IMG/VR virus record: IMGVR_UViG_3300005662_000026
DNA length: 64,000 bases
DNA from: an uncultured virus (IMG/VR IMGVR_UViG_3300005662_000026)
Lineage: Duplodnaviria > Heunggongvirae > Uroviricota > Caudoviricetes
Strand: one strand, 5' to 3'
In this document: positions 1 through 9,333 of the stretch, piece after piece
How positions within the stretch are numbered: position 1 is the first letter of the stretch
How the letters are laid out: each line of letters starts with the position of its first letter
Made by a program: the position numbers and the translations under genes
The notes under the pieces: model-generated
The model's database searches: none
The model's input: the letters and a program-made list of their open reading frames with translations, nothing else
What the model was told of the DNA's origin: nothing

Positions 1-339
1 ATCACTTAGCCATTTTCTGTAATTAGATTTAACTACTGCTTCTACTTTAGGATCACTTGTAATGGTTAGTACATGTAAGATTGACCCATGGTCTTTACAA
101 AGTATTTTAGATATTTCAATTATAGTGTAGTCTTTAGCTAACAAGTTTTCTGCAACTAGTTTACGCATCTCAACTATATAACTGTTTTTTCTTTTTCTGA
201 TTTTATTAAAATACTCATACAATGGTAAGGCATCAACTAATCTTTTTAACTCAGAATCTAATGACTCAATTCTTTGATGTAGAGTCATTTGAGAAAAACC
301 TATTCCTTTTTTAATAGGTGCTTTAACCCGCTTTACCAT
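1..339 (-). CDS. HTH protein resembling DnaA domain IV (partial, runs off the window)
   Basis: Own translation: MVKRVKAPIK...YTIIEISKILCKDHGSILHVL; open to base 1; xxIxxxxxKDHxSILH resembles the DnaA C-terminal HTH signature. Confidence 0.5.
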   Translation of the reverse strand, partial: MVKRVKAPIKKGIGFSQMTLHQRIESLDSELKRLVDALPLYEYFNKIRKRKNSYIVEMRKLVAENLLAKDYTIIEISKILCKDHGSILHVLTITSDPKVEAVVKSNYRKWLSD

Positions 340-340
340 A

Positions 341-607
341 TCATACCAATTCTAATTCTTCTTCTATTATTTCTACAGCAACATCTTCTTGCTTAACCAT
401 ATCTTCAGGTAAGAATCTTTTAGCATCATAGTATTCATATGGAAAACAACCACTCAAATTAACTTCTTCTAAATCAAAACCTAATGTATTTGCCTGTATA
501 CCCATTTTAACTGCTCTTACAACAGTATATACATTACCTTTCTTAATCCATTGATTTGTAGGTATCTTGTCAGGCTTATTGCTGTCATTAACACAAACTA
601 CTCGCAT
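341..607 (-). CDS. Hypothetical protein
   Basis: 88-aa ORF tightly packed in the minus-strand operon. Confidence 0.6.
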   Translation of the reverse strand: MRVVCVNDSNKPDKIPTNQWIKKGNVYTVVRAVKMGIQANTLGFDLEEVNLSGCFPYEYYDAKRFLPEDMVKQEDVAVEIIEEELELV

Positions 608-836
608 TTAACTCAACTTTTAAGTTTAACTCTTCAAGTGACATAAGTATTTCATACATGTCATCAAATGAACCTGACTTGATATCATATGAACCTTTAC
701 TGTCAACAATCATTGCACACTGTTCTGCCTGATCAGGAGAATGTTTGCACACTTTTATAAGACAAGCCATAACATATAAGAAGTCATGACTGTTATCATT
801 ATAAAGTGTTATTTTATGTGTCTTTTCCAAAACCAT
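588..836 (-). CDS. clpS: ClpS-like N-degron adaptor
   Basis: ITLYNDNSHDFLYVMACLIKVCKHSPDQAEQCAMIVDSKG matches the Bacteroidota ClpS pattern LxND..xF..V...L...C.H..xQAEQC. Confidence 0.8.
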   Translation of the reverse strand: MVLEKTHKITLYNDNSHDFLYVMACLIKVCKHSPDQAEQCAMIVDSKGSYDIKSGSFDDMYEILMSLEELNLKVELNASSLC

Positions 837-853
837 GATATTTATTATCTAAA

Positions 854-1366
854 TTAGTTATTATTTTGGTCAGTTCCAATTATTATTGTGTTACCTAATA
901 CATTCATTGACTGTACAATATCATTGTAACCTTTACCATATGGGTCAACATAATTCTTAAAAGGTTTAAAATAACCTTTCTTAATTAAGTTTTTAATTCT
1001 AACTATTAACACTTCCATTCTTTCTTTATTCTCAGGTAATAAAGCTTCTAAATCAAATAATGCAGACTCAATTTTAGCCAGAAACAAATTTATCCTGGTA
1101 TTAAATGCATCTTTTATATAGATTTTATTACTATAATCATCAAATAAGTCAAGTAATGTAGCTAATGTTTTAGAATCAGTATTACCAAATACAGCCATAG
1201 GACCTTCAATAAATTTATCTGACCATTCCCACCACTCAAGTAAGTCTATTTTAAGGTTAAACTTAAATCTTTTATCTTCAACTACTTCATCAATATCATA
1301 TAGAGCACTAGATATTTTTACAGCTGCTCTAATGAACTTGATATTATCTGGATCATATTCTGCCAT
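854..1366 (-). CDS. Hypothetical protein
   Basis: 170-aa ORF in the operon. Confidence 0.6.
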   Translation of the reverse strand: MAEYDPDNIKFIRAAVKISSALYDIDEVVEDKRFKFNLKIDLLEWWEWSDKFIEGPMAVFGNTDSKTLATLLDLFDDYSNKIYIKDAFNTRINLFLAKIESALFDLEALLPENKERMEVLIVRIKNLIKKGYFKPFKNYVDPYGKGYNDIVQSMNVLGNTIIIGTDQNNN

Positions 1367-1368
1367 AT

Positions 1369-1650
1369 CTATTTCTTTTTAAACTGTTCAAACCATTCTT
1401 TAAATAAATCTTTACCCCAGTACTTAGTTGCTTTACCCTGATACTTATAATAAAATATTGCATAATCTCTCATATCTTCTTCACTATACATTCTTTCAGC
1501 TTGCCATTTAGCTCCTTCTTTCATTCCTGATAAAAATGCCGCTTTAGCAGTATCAATCACTAATTGACCTTTGACATCAGCATCTTTTGAAATAAAAATA
1601 CCATATTTGTCTTTCTGCAATCTTTTAGCAGCTTCTTCTAATGTTTCCAT
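1369..1650 (-). CDS. Small phage protein (METLEEAA...GAKWQAERMYSEED type)
   Basis: 93-aa ORF with a pattern recalled from Bacteroidota phage small proteins. Confidence 0.6.
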   Translation of the reverse strand: METLEEAAKRLQKDKYGIFISKDADVKGQLVIDTAKAAFLSGMKEGAKWQAERMYSEEDMRDYAIFYYKYQGKATKYWGKDLFKEWFEQFKKK

Positions 1651-1668
1651 CTTATTCTGATTTAAAAG

Positions 1669-1764
1669 TTAATCCATTCTTTTTCTTAAAATAAATGCCA
1701 TTATACCAATAATTAAAAAAGGTAATGCTATACCCCAATTTTCTGGGTGAAATCCTATTTCCAT
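1669..1764 (-). CDS. 31-aa single-TM micropeptide
   Basis: Own translation MEIGFHPENWGIALPFLIIGIMAFILRKRMD; fills the gap between neighbouring ORFs. Confidence 0.5.
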   Translation of the reverse strand: MEIGFHPENWGIALPFLIIGIMAFILRKRMD

Positions 1765-1765
1765 A

Positions 1766-2038
1766 TTATTCTGGTTTAACAGCTAATTCTAAAAAATACT
1801 CACTTATGCCTAAAGAAAGCATGTTATTTTCAATCGGATCACCCATAAAATCAGAGACTTCCTGTAACTCTTTTTCAGTAATGTACCATTTAAAAACAAA
1901 CTCACATGACACATCATATATTCTTAACTGAAATTCTTTAATAGATTTATACTCTCCTTTTTCACCATCTGGATTACTCCAAAAGTTAAAAAACTCTACT
2001 ATTTTATTTACAATTTCTGGTGCCTTTTCTTCTTCCAT
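1766..2038 (-). CDS. Hypothetical protein
   Basis: 90-aa ORF starting inside the junction repeat. Confidence 0.6.
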   Translation of the reverse strand: MEEEKAPEIVNKIVEFFNFWSNPDGEKGEYKSIKEFQLRIYDVSCEFVFKWYITEKELQEVSDFMGDPIENNMLSLGISEYFLELAVKPE

Positions 2039-2039
2039 C

Positions 2040-2123
2040 TTATTCTGATTTACATCTTATATACATTGCAATTACAAATAATACCACAACAAATATTGTC
2101 AGTATTTCTTCTAATTTTTCCAT
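2040..2123 (-). CDS. 27-aa single-TM micropeptide
   Basis: Own translation MEKLEEILTIFVVVLFVIAMYIRCKSE; stop is 1 nt from the next start. Confidence 0.55.
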   Translation of the reverse strand: MEKLEEILTIFVVVLFVIAMYIRCKSE

Positions 2124-2124
2124 C

Positions 2125-2193
2125 TTATTTATTTATTGAATTCCACAATTTCATAACTATAACTATACCTAATAGTATAAACATCAGTTCCAT
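2125..2193 (-). CDS. 22-aa single-TM micropeptide
   Basis: Own translation MELMFILLGIVIVMKLWNSINK; stop is 1 nt from the next start. Confidence 0.5.
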   Translation of the reverse strand: MELMFILLGIVIVMKLWNSINK

Positions 2194-2204
2194 CTTATTC
2201 TGAT

Positions 2205-2420
2205 TTAAAGGTTATCAATTTCTTGTTTAACTTCTTGCCAATACTCACTTGCTTCTTCATTACATCCATAATAAGTATTATTACTTGGAAATGTACAACC
2301 ACTTTTTAATATCTCATCAACACATAATAAAGCACATTTTTTAGAATCAAGCATTAAAAAATGTTTATTTTCATAATTAAATTTATTTACTAACTCTTCA
2401 GCTTTTTCTTTTGGTGTCAT
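2205..2420 (-). CDS. Small phage protein (MTPKEKAEELV...YWQEVKQEI type)
   Basis: 71-aa ORF overlapping the helicase stop codon. Confidence 0.65.
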   Translation of the reverse strand: MTPKEKAEELVNKFNYENKHFLMLDSKKCALLCVDEILKSGCTFPSNNTYYGCNEEASEYWQEVKQEIDNL

Positions 2421-3517
2421 AACTTAATATTAAAATCTTTCCACTCAATTTTACTCTGATCAAATCCTGATAATGCTTCAGTAACCCACTTCTCATCTAT
2501 AGTATCCATGTAACATAAGATATGTATTACTGCTGTTTCATCTACAGATAGTCTTAAACATCTACCAATACGTTGACTTGACTTACGTTCATTACCATAT
2601 GCATGTAAAATTATACACTGTTTAAGATTAGGTATATTAATACCCTCACTTAATTGTAATACACAAGATAGTTTAGTAATTTGACCTGACTTGAACATTT
2701 CTAGATTCTCATTAGACTCAGGATTATTACTATGGTAACTGTATGTACATAATTCATCTGCCTGATCTTGAGTATTAGCAAATATAATACACTTAGAACT
2801 TATTGACTGACTTAATAGTTTAGTGTATTTTTCTTTACTTGGGAACTCCATCATAGCTTTCATTCTCATTACTCTTGAGATTTGCTGCTCTTTGCCTGGA
2901 CGGGATGTTTCTATCCTATTGCACCAATACTGATAATTAGCATATTCTGTAGTAAAGAATTGTTTATGCTTACTACCAGCTTTAACATTCTTATTAACAT
3001 CATCTAACTTAATCTGATGCACTATGATTCTATAATCATTTAAGATATTATCATTGATAGCATCATCAGTTAAATATTCATAGCATATAGGATAAAACTC
3101 TTGCATCATCTCACCTTTCTCACTATTTACCATTTTAGGAGGAGTACCGGTAAGTCCTAAGATCTTACCGTCATACTCATCTAAAAATTCTCTATGTGAC
3201 GGGAGCAATGAATGTGCTTCATCAAAGTATATCATGTCAAACTCTCTTGGGTCTAGTTTATTTAAACTTAAGTAAGTAGTAAACTGTACATTGTCAAGTA
3301 AATGTGACTTGTTAAACTTAATAGCTTCAGTTCTCCATGAAGTAAAAATACTAAGCTTTGGAGCTACTATAAGTACATTCATTAATGGAGTCATATTCTT
3401 TTCCATATGCATAAGACCAACTAAAGTCTTACCAGTACCAGTAGCAAGTGATAAACCACATTTTTTTCTCTTATTAGTAGCATCAAGTGCTGCCTGTTGT
3501 ATTTCTTCTCTTGTCAT
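2417..3517 (-). CDS. Superfamily 2 (DExH) helicase
   Basis: Walker A ATGTGKT, DEAH box, motif III LTGTP, motif V LSEGINIP, motif VI QRIGRCLR. Confidence 0.92.
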   Translation of the reverse strand: MTREEIQQAALDATNKRKKCGLSLATGTGKTLVGLMHMEKNMTPLMNVLIVAPKLSIFTSWRTEAIKFNKSHLLDNVQFTTYLSLNKLDPREFDMIYFDEAHSLLPSHREFLDEYDGKILGLTGTPPKMVNSEKGEMMQEFYPICYEYLTDDAINDNILNDYRIIVHQIKLDDVNKNVKAGSKHKQFFTTEYANYQYWCNRIETSRPGKEQQISRVMRMKAMMEFPSKEKYTKLLSQSISSKCIIFANTQDQADELCTYSYHSNNPESNENLEMFKSGQITKLSCVLQLSEGINIPNLKQCIILHAYGNERKSSQRIGRCLRLSVDETAVIHILCYMDTIDEKWVTEALSGFDQSKIEWKDFNIKL

Positions 3518-3518
3518 A

Positions 3519-4265
3519 TTAAATTAAGTTGAATACCTTTTTTTGTATAAATTCATTAGCAGAAGATGGATCTGACATAACTTTAATTGTTTTGATATGC
3601 TTATCAATATTCTTTAAAGTTTCTTTATGATCATATGATTCATATGCTTGAATAAACACATTTAAAAATTGTTTTTTAACCCATCTGTCAGCAACACCAA
3701 TTTTAATAAATAAATCACTAAAAGCTTTACACATTTCTTTAGCTTTTGGATTGTTAATTTTAAACTCTCCATTTTTAATTTTAGCACTTGAAGTTGCAAT
3801 AGCATTATATGTGTTTGTATTATTACAAATTGATGCAATCATAAGAGCTTCTAAATGATATAGACCCATGTATTCTTGCAAAGTAGCATAATCAGGATTA
3901 CAATATGAAAATGCATGAATATAATCTTTTAACAACCATGCTTTAGATGAATTATTATAACAAGCCATTGTTTCAACAAGATCTTCTTTGCTAATTATTT
4001 CAATATATTCATATCTTACTGGAATACCTTCTCTTCTACAACAGTCTAATAAATGATCACCATCTATTACATATGTTAAATTTGTTCCAGTAAAAAAATC
4101 TACTTTACAACATATAACTTGTCTAGTGTTACCTTTTTTACGGACACTTTCTACTAAATCTTGTGTATGCTTAGATCCTGTTGGTCTTTGCATAGGTAAT
4201 CTGTTAAACATATTATAATTTGTAGTAACAGATATTTTAATAAAATCATTTTTGTTTTCTTTCAT
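3519..4265 (-). CDS. ParB/Srx-like N-terminal domain protein
   Basis: FNRLPMQR..LVESV..YVIDGDHLL resembles the ParB-N NR / IDGxHR motifs (degenerate). Confidence 0.6.
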   Translation of the reverse strand: MKENKNDFIKISVTTNYNMFNRLPMQRPTGSKHTQDLVESVRKKGNTRQVICCKVDFFTGTNLTYVIDGDHLLDCCRREGIPVRYEYIEIISKEDLVETMACYNNSSKAWLLKDYIHAFSYCNPDYATLQEYMGLYHLEALMIASICNNTNTYNAIATSSAKIKNGEFKINNPKAKEMCKAFSDLFIKIGVADRWVKKQFLNVFIQAYESYDHKETLKNIDKHIKTIKVMSDPSSANEFIQKKVFNLI

Positions 4266-4294
4266 CTTTTCAGTCTTTTAATTTCAGTAATTTT

Positions 4295-4687
4295 TTATTT
4301 TAACCAGCCCATTGTTCTAGCTTCAGCTGGGTTATTGTGAATATAATCATGGCAGTTACGGCATGTAACCAACCAGGTGCTTTGAACTAAATAGAATGCA
4401 TCTCTATTAGATCCTGCAAATGTATGGTGAATATCTGTACCCATATTAGTACAACCACCAACTTTTACTTGACATAATGGAAACTTTTCCATGTGCTTAG
4501 CTCTTAGTTGTAGATACTCAGCATCAAGTTTCTTTCTCTTTGCTGATACTTGAGGTATAACCTTATGATCAGGATCTTTAGATTGTATTTTACCCCAACA
4601 GTTCTTGCAATACTTATTGCCTTCAAAATTCTTCCAAATATACTGCTCAGAATCACACCCTGAGCAGTACTTTTTTTTCTTTTCCAT
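4295..4687 (-). CDS. Zn-finger plus HNH-like nuclease
   Basis: CSGC..CKNC N-terminus; CQVK..C..DIHH..WLVTCRNCHDYIH. Confidence 0.7.
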   Translation of the reverse strand: MEKKKKYCSGCDSEQYIWKNFEGNKYCKNCWGKIQSKDPDHKVIPQVSAKRKKLDAEYLQLRAKHMEKFPLCQVKVGGCTNMGTDIHHTFAGSNRDAFYLVQSTWLVTCRNCHDYIHNNPAEARTMGWLK

Positions 4688-4794
4688 TTATTTATCAGTT
4701 TTACTTTCTAAACAAAATTGACAACATGGTTTATTATCTAAAACAAGAATGCCTAAATATTTTTTGCAATAAAAACATAACTCTACAGTAATCA

Positions 4795-5307
4795 TTATTT
4801 AGCATTTTTTAATCTTGGTAAAGTATTCATGTCTCTTTTTAAGTCATGAAAGTTTTTAGGTAATATACCCTCAGTAATAAATAAACCTATTACCTGATCT
4901 TTAGTAATACCTAAATCCTTGAAAGTTAATGTGTTTTTAAATTCCACATCTGTTTCTTCAGTTTCTATAAAGAATTGTGTTAGTGGACTTTCAGGAAACA
5001 ATGTCTTGAATATAAAATTACTATAAGCATTAGTTAACTTTTGCTTATACAAATTTATAACATTTTGACCTTTCATATATACCTTACTAACTCTTTGTTT
5101 CTTTTTACTACACATAGTAGCTAATTCTTGTTGAGTAAATGCACTTAAGCCATACAAAGCACGTTTATACAAATGATTCTGATAGTTATTATAACTATCT
5201 TGCTCATATTGCATATAAGTTTCACCTCTATATAACTGGTAAGACTCTATCTTACCTGTGTATTCTAATTTTTTTTCTTGTATCTCCATGACCATTAGGA
5301 TTTTCAA
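4795..5307 (-). CDS. Hypothetical protein
   Basis: 170-aa ORF. Confidence 0.65.
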   Translation of the reverse strand: MKILMVMEIQEKKLEYTGKIESYQLYRGETYMQYEQDSYNNYQNHLYKRALYGLSAFTQQELATMCSKKKQRVSKVYMKGQNVINLYKQKLTNAYSNFIFKTLFPESPLTQFFIETEETDVEFKNTLTFKDLGITKDQVIGLFITEGILPKNFHDLKRDMNTLPRLKNAK

Positions 5308-5314
5308 TTAATAA

Positions 5315-5342
5315 AAAAGGGATAGCTTTTACACTATCCCTA
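5315..5342 (-). terminator. Intrinsic terminator
   Basis: AGGGATAG/CTATCCCT stem preceded by an A-run on plus (U-tract on minus). Confidence 0.65.
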
Positions 5343-5363
5343 TATACATAAACTTAATTAATT

Positions 5364-5840
5364 TTAGATGTTGAATTCATCTGATGCTGTAGGATTAACT
5401 GCAGATAATTTGATTTTACTTTGACCATTAGCAGCTTTAATCTCTTCAGAGTTATCATGCTTTACTAATTCATCAGTAACATTAGTAATAATTGTATAAA
5501 TAGTTTTTCTATAAATAGATTGACCATTTATTTTACATACTACACCAGTATTACCTGCATACTTAAGATTCTTAGTCTCATCTTTTTTATTTGGTGCTTT
5601 AGTAGATTCAATGATTACTATTTTACCCGGTAATATTTGACCAGCATAATAAGCTTCTTCTTTTAAATCTTCCATTGTACCAACAATTAAAGCACTAACT
5701 ACTCTTCTTCTTAAGAAGCCATTATCATCAAAGATGCTTCTTACTTGTTCTACTCTAACATATCCATAGTCAGGATTGTTTACTGACTGAGTGATGACAT
5801 TACCTAGTTCATCACCAGTTACTTTAACTTTTGTTTCCAT
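5364..5840 (-). CDS. Putative single-stranded DNA-binding protein
   Basis: 158 aa, beta-rich, acidic/aromatic tail ASDEFNI, in the replication arm; family assignment is inference. Confidence 0.4.
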   Translation of the reverse strand: METKVKVTGDELGNVITQSVNNPDYGYVRVEQVRSIFDDNGFLRRRVVSALIVGTMEDLKEEAYYAGQILPGKIVIIESTKAPNKKDETKNLKYAGNTGVVCKINGQSIYRKTIYTIITNVTDELVKHDNSEEIKAANGQSKIKLSAVNPTASDEFNI

Positions 5841-5925
5841 GATAAATGTTTTTTACGGTTTAAACACTATTTTATTTTATGATTGATGAGTATAAATTGA
5901 CACTTGGTATACTCTCCAAGTAAGA

Positions 5926-6204
5926 TTATATGTCAAGACTGTCTATCATATCCAGATCATCTGGTGACAAGTCTTCTAGTGAGATTTCTTTAACTTCAGA
6001 TTCATCATCTACGTGAAAGCTGAAGTCATAAACTTTTTCTTGTTTTTCTGTGGAGTTTTCATCTAGTGCAGAGCTAGTAAAAGGATTGTGAATTGCTTCA
6101 CCTGCATTTGAACATAATAAGTACTGAATTTCAGAATCACTCATAGATAAATATTGTTCTATTGTGATATTAATTACACGGCCATTGGGTAACTGATAAA
6201 GCAT
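5926..6204 (-). CDS. Hypothetical acidic protein
   Basis: 92-aa ORF, MLYQLPNGR..., D/E-rich C-terminus. Confidence 0.65.
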   Translation of the reverse strand: MLYQLPNGRVINITIEQYLSMSDSEIQYLLCSNAGEAIHNPFTSSALDENSTEKQEKVYDFSFHVDDESEVKEISLEDLSPDDLDMIDSLDI

Positions 6205-6270
6205 CTTATTATAAATATCTTTAAATTTACATCTAAATTATAATATAGCCTTATTTTCAGTCACAATTTC

Positions 6271-6287
6271 TGCACTATATAGCTAAA
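6271..6287 (-). promoter_or_regulatory. 17-bp element TTTAGCTATATAGTGCA (copy 1)
   Basis: Exact reverse complement of 36312-36328; intergenic, after a terminator hairpin. Confidence 0.6.
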
Positions 6288-6333
6288 TAATAAAGGGGAA
6301 CACCTAAATATTCCCCATATTATTATTTTCTGG

Positions 6334-6795
6334 TCATGTAGTATACTCAGATACTCTCTTTAAATCCATTATATCATCTTCAAGCCAAATAAAATCTTCA
6401 AACTTAGCAGATAATTGTGTTATTATTATTTCTCCTGTTTCATTATAGGTTGGGGCTTCCAATGATAATTGACCCCAATCTCCATACCCATTTACTGCTA
6501 TTACTTTACAGTCCAGGTAACCCTTTTTATCTAATTCAGTATTTTGTGTATACTGTCTATTAGAGAACCAATTCTTAAAACTATATCTACCCATCTGATC
6601 AACTTTAGGTTTGATGGGTAGTTTTTCACCAAGTAATAGTTTAGTGTATAGTTTTAACAGGGTATCATTTTTTGACAGTATTTCTTTAAATAACTCTTTT
6701 ACATCAGGGTTATTATGTAGTACACAATCATCAACTGTTTTTAAAACTATTGCAGTATCTACTTCAACGTTAATATGATTCTCCATAAAATTCAT
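6334..6795 (-). CDS. Hypothetical protein
   Basis: 153-aa ORF. Confidence 0.6.
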   Translation of the reverse strand: MNFMENHINVEVDTAIVLKTVDDCVLHNNPDVKELFKEILSKNDTLLKLYTKLLLGEKLPIKPKVDQMGRYSFKNWFSNRQYTQNTELDKKGYLDCKVIAVNGYGDWGQLSLEAPTYNETGEIIITQLSAKFEDFIWLEDDIMDLKRVSEYTT

Positions 6796-7096
6796 CTAAC
6801 ATTTTCATTAATAACTTGTTTCTCTTCTCATTTCTTTCATGGTACCTACCTATTAATAAGGTAGTATATGCTATTTCATTTTCATGTTTGCATTGACTAT
6901 AAACCTGTTCTAATACCATATGTAATCTAGGTTTTTTATCTGCTTCATCAACAATAGCAATTAGTTCTTTCTTTCTTTCTTTAGTGATACCTAATGCATC
7001 AACTAATTCAATTCCACTGTCATCAATTACTGATAACTTAAACACTTTATTAGTGTTATAATTCTTTTTTCTGAATAAATTTCTAAACATGACCAA
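6770..7096 (-). CDS. Hypothetical protein
   Basis: 108-aa ORF. Confidence 0.6.
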   Translation of the reverse strand: MVMFRNLFRKKNYNTNKVFKLSVIDDSGIELVDALGITKERKKELIAIVDEADKKPRLHMVLEQVYSQCKHENEIAYTTLLIGRYHERNEKRNKLLMKMLDEFYGESY

Positions 7097-7101
7097 ATGT
7101 T

Positions 7102-7197
7102 TTACTTGTTATTAATTCTTTTATCTATTTCTACTACTATAACTACAATCCATATGACTGCTAGTATAGCAAACCCACTAATTAGTAATGTTTTCAT
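7102..7197 (-). CDS. 31-aa single-TM micropeptide
   Basis: Own translation MKTLLISGFAILAVIWIVVIVVEIDKRINNK. Confidence 0.45.
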   Translation of the reverse strand: MKTLLISGFAILAVIWIVVIVVEIDKRINNK

Positions 7198-7408
7198 AAA
7201 CTCTAAATTCTAAACACATTATTGCATACTGGATCTCATTTCTCATATAGTCTTTTTCAACCTGAGAAATATTTAGTGAGTCAATATCATTTAGACTCTC
7301 TCTTAGACTTTTCAGTTCCTCTTCCATCTTTTTCTTTATTATACTTGTTTAACCTTTCCATAATCTTCTGATTTACAGACTGATTACGGTCTTTATCTTT
7401 TTCTTTAC

Positions 7409-7552
7409 TCATAATGTAGTAATATATAGTATATCATTATTACCTACAAGTTTGTTGAATTTTCTTACTGCATCAACATAATTACTTGCATCAATGTTAA
7501 TACCACTACATAATTCTTTTGCTATTAAATAGCAGATGTGAAATCTTTTCAT
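7409..7552 (-). CDS. Hypothetical protein
   Basis: Track ORF 7409-7591; start moved to MKRFHICY, which follows an ACTGAAAAGATT leader. Confidence 0.5.
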   Translation of the reverse strand: MKRFHICYLIAKELCSGINIDASNYVDAVRKFNKLVGNNDILYITTL

Positions 7553-7559
7553 AATCTTT

Positions 7560-7781
7560 TCAGTATTTAGTTTTAGAATATAAGTATTCATAATACACTT
7601 TTTCCCCTTCTGTGATTGTAGTATCTTTATGCAGATCCATGTGTCCTCTATAATGATACACTTTAGTCTGTAATACTCTTTCTTTATTTTCTACTGTAAA
7701 CAGTAACACAAGAAGAAATATTATTACAGATACTACAACTCCTGTTTCAATTTTTTTATTGTTTGTCATCATAATTAACAA
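7560..7781 (-). CDS. Small membrane protein
   Basis: Hydrophobic stretch GVVVSVIIFLLVLLF. Confidence 0.5.
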   Translation of the reverse strand: MLIMMTNNKKIETGVVVSVIIFLLVLLFTVENKERVLQTKVYHYRGHMDLHKDTTITEGEKVYYEYLYSKTKY

Positions 7782-7953
7782 TACAGATTAACAAAATAAT
7801 TAAAAGACCAATTGGGCCTGATAATAATGCTACAATGTCAAATAAAGTGACATCTTTATATATCTTTTCTTTAATAAAAAAGTAAATAAGATATAAATAT
7901 GATACAATTGTAATTAATAATAACCCAATTGTTGCTAGTTCAAATAAATCCAT
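7756..7953 (-). CDS. Small two-TM protein
   Basis: Two hydrophobic stretches in 65 aa. Confidence 0.5.
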   Translation of the reverse strand: MDLFELATIGLLLITIVSYLYLIYFFIKEKIYKDVTLFDIVALLSGPIGLLIILLICIVNYDDKQ

Positions 7954-8130
7954 ATTACATACTAATTAATTTCATTTTCTGTTGCTGTTCTAATCTTAGT
8001 TCAGTACCAGTTTTATGATAAAACTTTTTCTTTAACTTTCTCACCATTTGACTTGGTGCTTTACATTCAACTCTGCTTGGTATACAAGCTAATAAGTTTT
8101 CAATTTCAATTACTCTTTTCATACTCTTTT

Positions 8131-8322
8131 TTATTTGTCTGTGATATCAAAATAACCAATTATAATCCCTGTTCCAGTTAATGAACCCAGAGTGTATACT
8201 ATTTCTGCTTTTCCTATAGGTTCCCAATTACAGGTTACCATTTTGTAAATACATCTTACTTCTCCATATAAAGTAGCTAAGATGAATACTATCCCTAATA
8301 AGGGAGCTTTGTCTCTAAACAT
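8131..8322 (-). CDS. Small membrane protein
   Basis: 63 aa with two hydrophobic segments. Confidence 0.55.
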   Translation of the reverse strand: MFRDKAPLLGIVFILATLYGEVRCIYKMVTCNWEPIGKAEIVYTLGSLTGTGIIIGYFDITDK

Positions 8323-8458
8323 AATTCCTCAATTTTTACTTGTTCCCGGTTTAAACCTTTATCATATAGAACTAAATCTAATTGCTCTATATATTCTCCT
8401 ACAGTATGAGCTATAATTATATCTGTAGTATTATCTACTTTACTTGTTACTCTAAACT

Positions 8459-8641
8459 TCATTTATCTAAATATCTTTCATTAAACATAGTCTGAGTGAC
8501 TGCTTCAGGTGCAATCTCCTCATTAAAAGCTATTTCTTCTACATATTCTCTATTTTCAGGATTATATATGCTATTCTCATAGTCAAATCCTGGTGAGGTA
8601 ACATATCTTGCTACCATCACCACTATTACAATCAGATTCAT
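8459..8641 (-). CDS. Hypothetical protein
   Basis: 60-aa ORF with an AACTGAAAATT leader. Confidence 0.5.
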   Translation of the reverse strand: MNLIVIVVMVARYVTSPGFDYENSIYNPENREYVEEIAFNEEIAPEAVTQTMFNERYLDK

Positions 8642-8654
8642 AATTTTCAGTTAT

Positions 8655-8960
8655 TTATAATTTTTCAAAAATCTGGATACTATATACAGACCATTTAATA
8701 CTTAAATTTTTATATATCCATTTCATATATGAAGGATATAAGTTACAAGCTTCTTCTACTGTGATATTAATAAGTTGAGGTTTATTGCTAAACCAACATT
8801 TATCCCATGGTCTAGTTCTTCTTCTAGTACCATAGTTACCTTTATCATTTTTCATATCAAACTCTTGAAATTCAGGTCTTGCCATATGCTTTATGTACAT
8901 AAGCTCTCCTGGCTCTTGTACTGAAGGTTGCTCTCCAAATGTTATAGTTGAGATTATCAT
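8655..8960 (-). CDS. Hypothetical protein (C-terminus resembles the ExoX-C/DUF3820-type ..PSYxxW motif)
   Basis: ITVEEACNLYPSYMKWIY. Confidence 0.5.
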   Translation of the reverse strand: MIISTITFGEQPSVQEPGELMYIKHMARPEFQEFDMKNDKGNYGTRRRTRPWDKCWFSNKPQLINITVEEACNLYPSYMKWIYKNLSIKWSVYSIQIFEKL

Positions 8961-8994
8961 ATCTTTTCAGTTTTTAGTTATCAGTTAATAATAA

Positions 8995-9307
8995 AACATA
9001 TCATCACCACCAGGTGGAATACTACAGTACTTGAATTCATCAAGGTTCCGTTTGACTGCTGGATGATATGTTATTATTCTTTGTATAAATACCACAAGTC
9101 AAACTCTGCTTTACAGGATGAGAGTTTATGCCTGAAACCTTGTGGTAATATTTAACTAGTATTCTTTTCACTCTTTGAACTAGTATAAAGTGTTAGCCGT
9201 TAAGTACTATAAGTACTAGCAATGAATTGGCTGATACATTGCTTTTTTCTTTTATTATGATACATAATATAATCTGTTACCTTCATTAGTTCAGGTATAA
9301 CTGATTA
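8995..9307. other. Non-coding tract with serial inverted repeats (possible structured RNA)
   Basis: Stems 8995-9005/9062-9072, 9090-9098/9139-9147 (inner 9101-9107/9121-9127) and 9218-9224/9237-9243. Confidence 0.4.
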
Positions 9308-9333
9308 GTATAGATTTACAAATAGACCGGATA

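Larger units (their letters stand above)
1645..2207. repeat. 20-bp direct repeat TTCCATCTTATTCTGATTTA x3 at gene junctions
   Basis: Exact copies at 1645-1664, 2033-2052 and 2188-2207; partial copy at 2118-2129. Confidence 0.9.
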
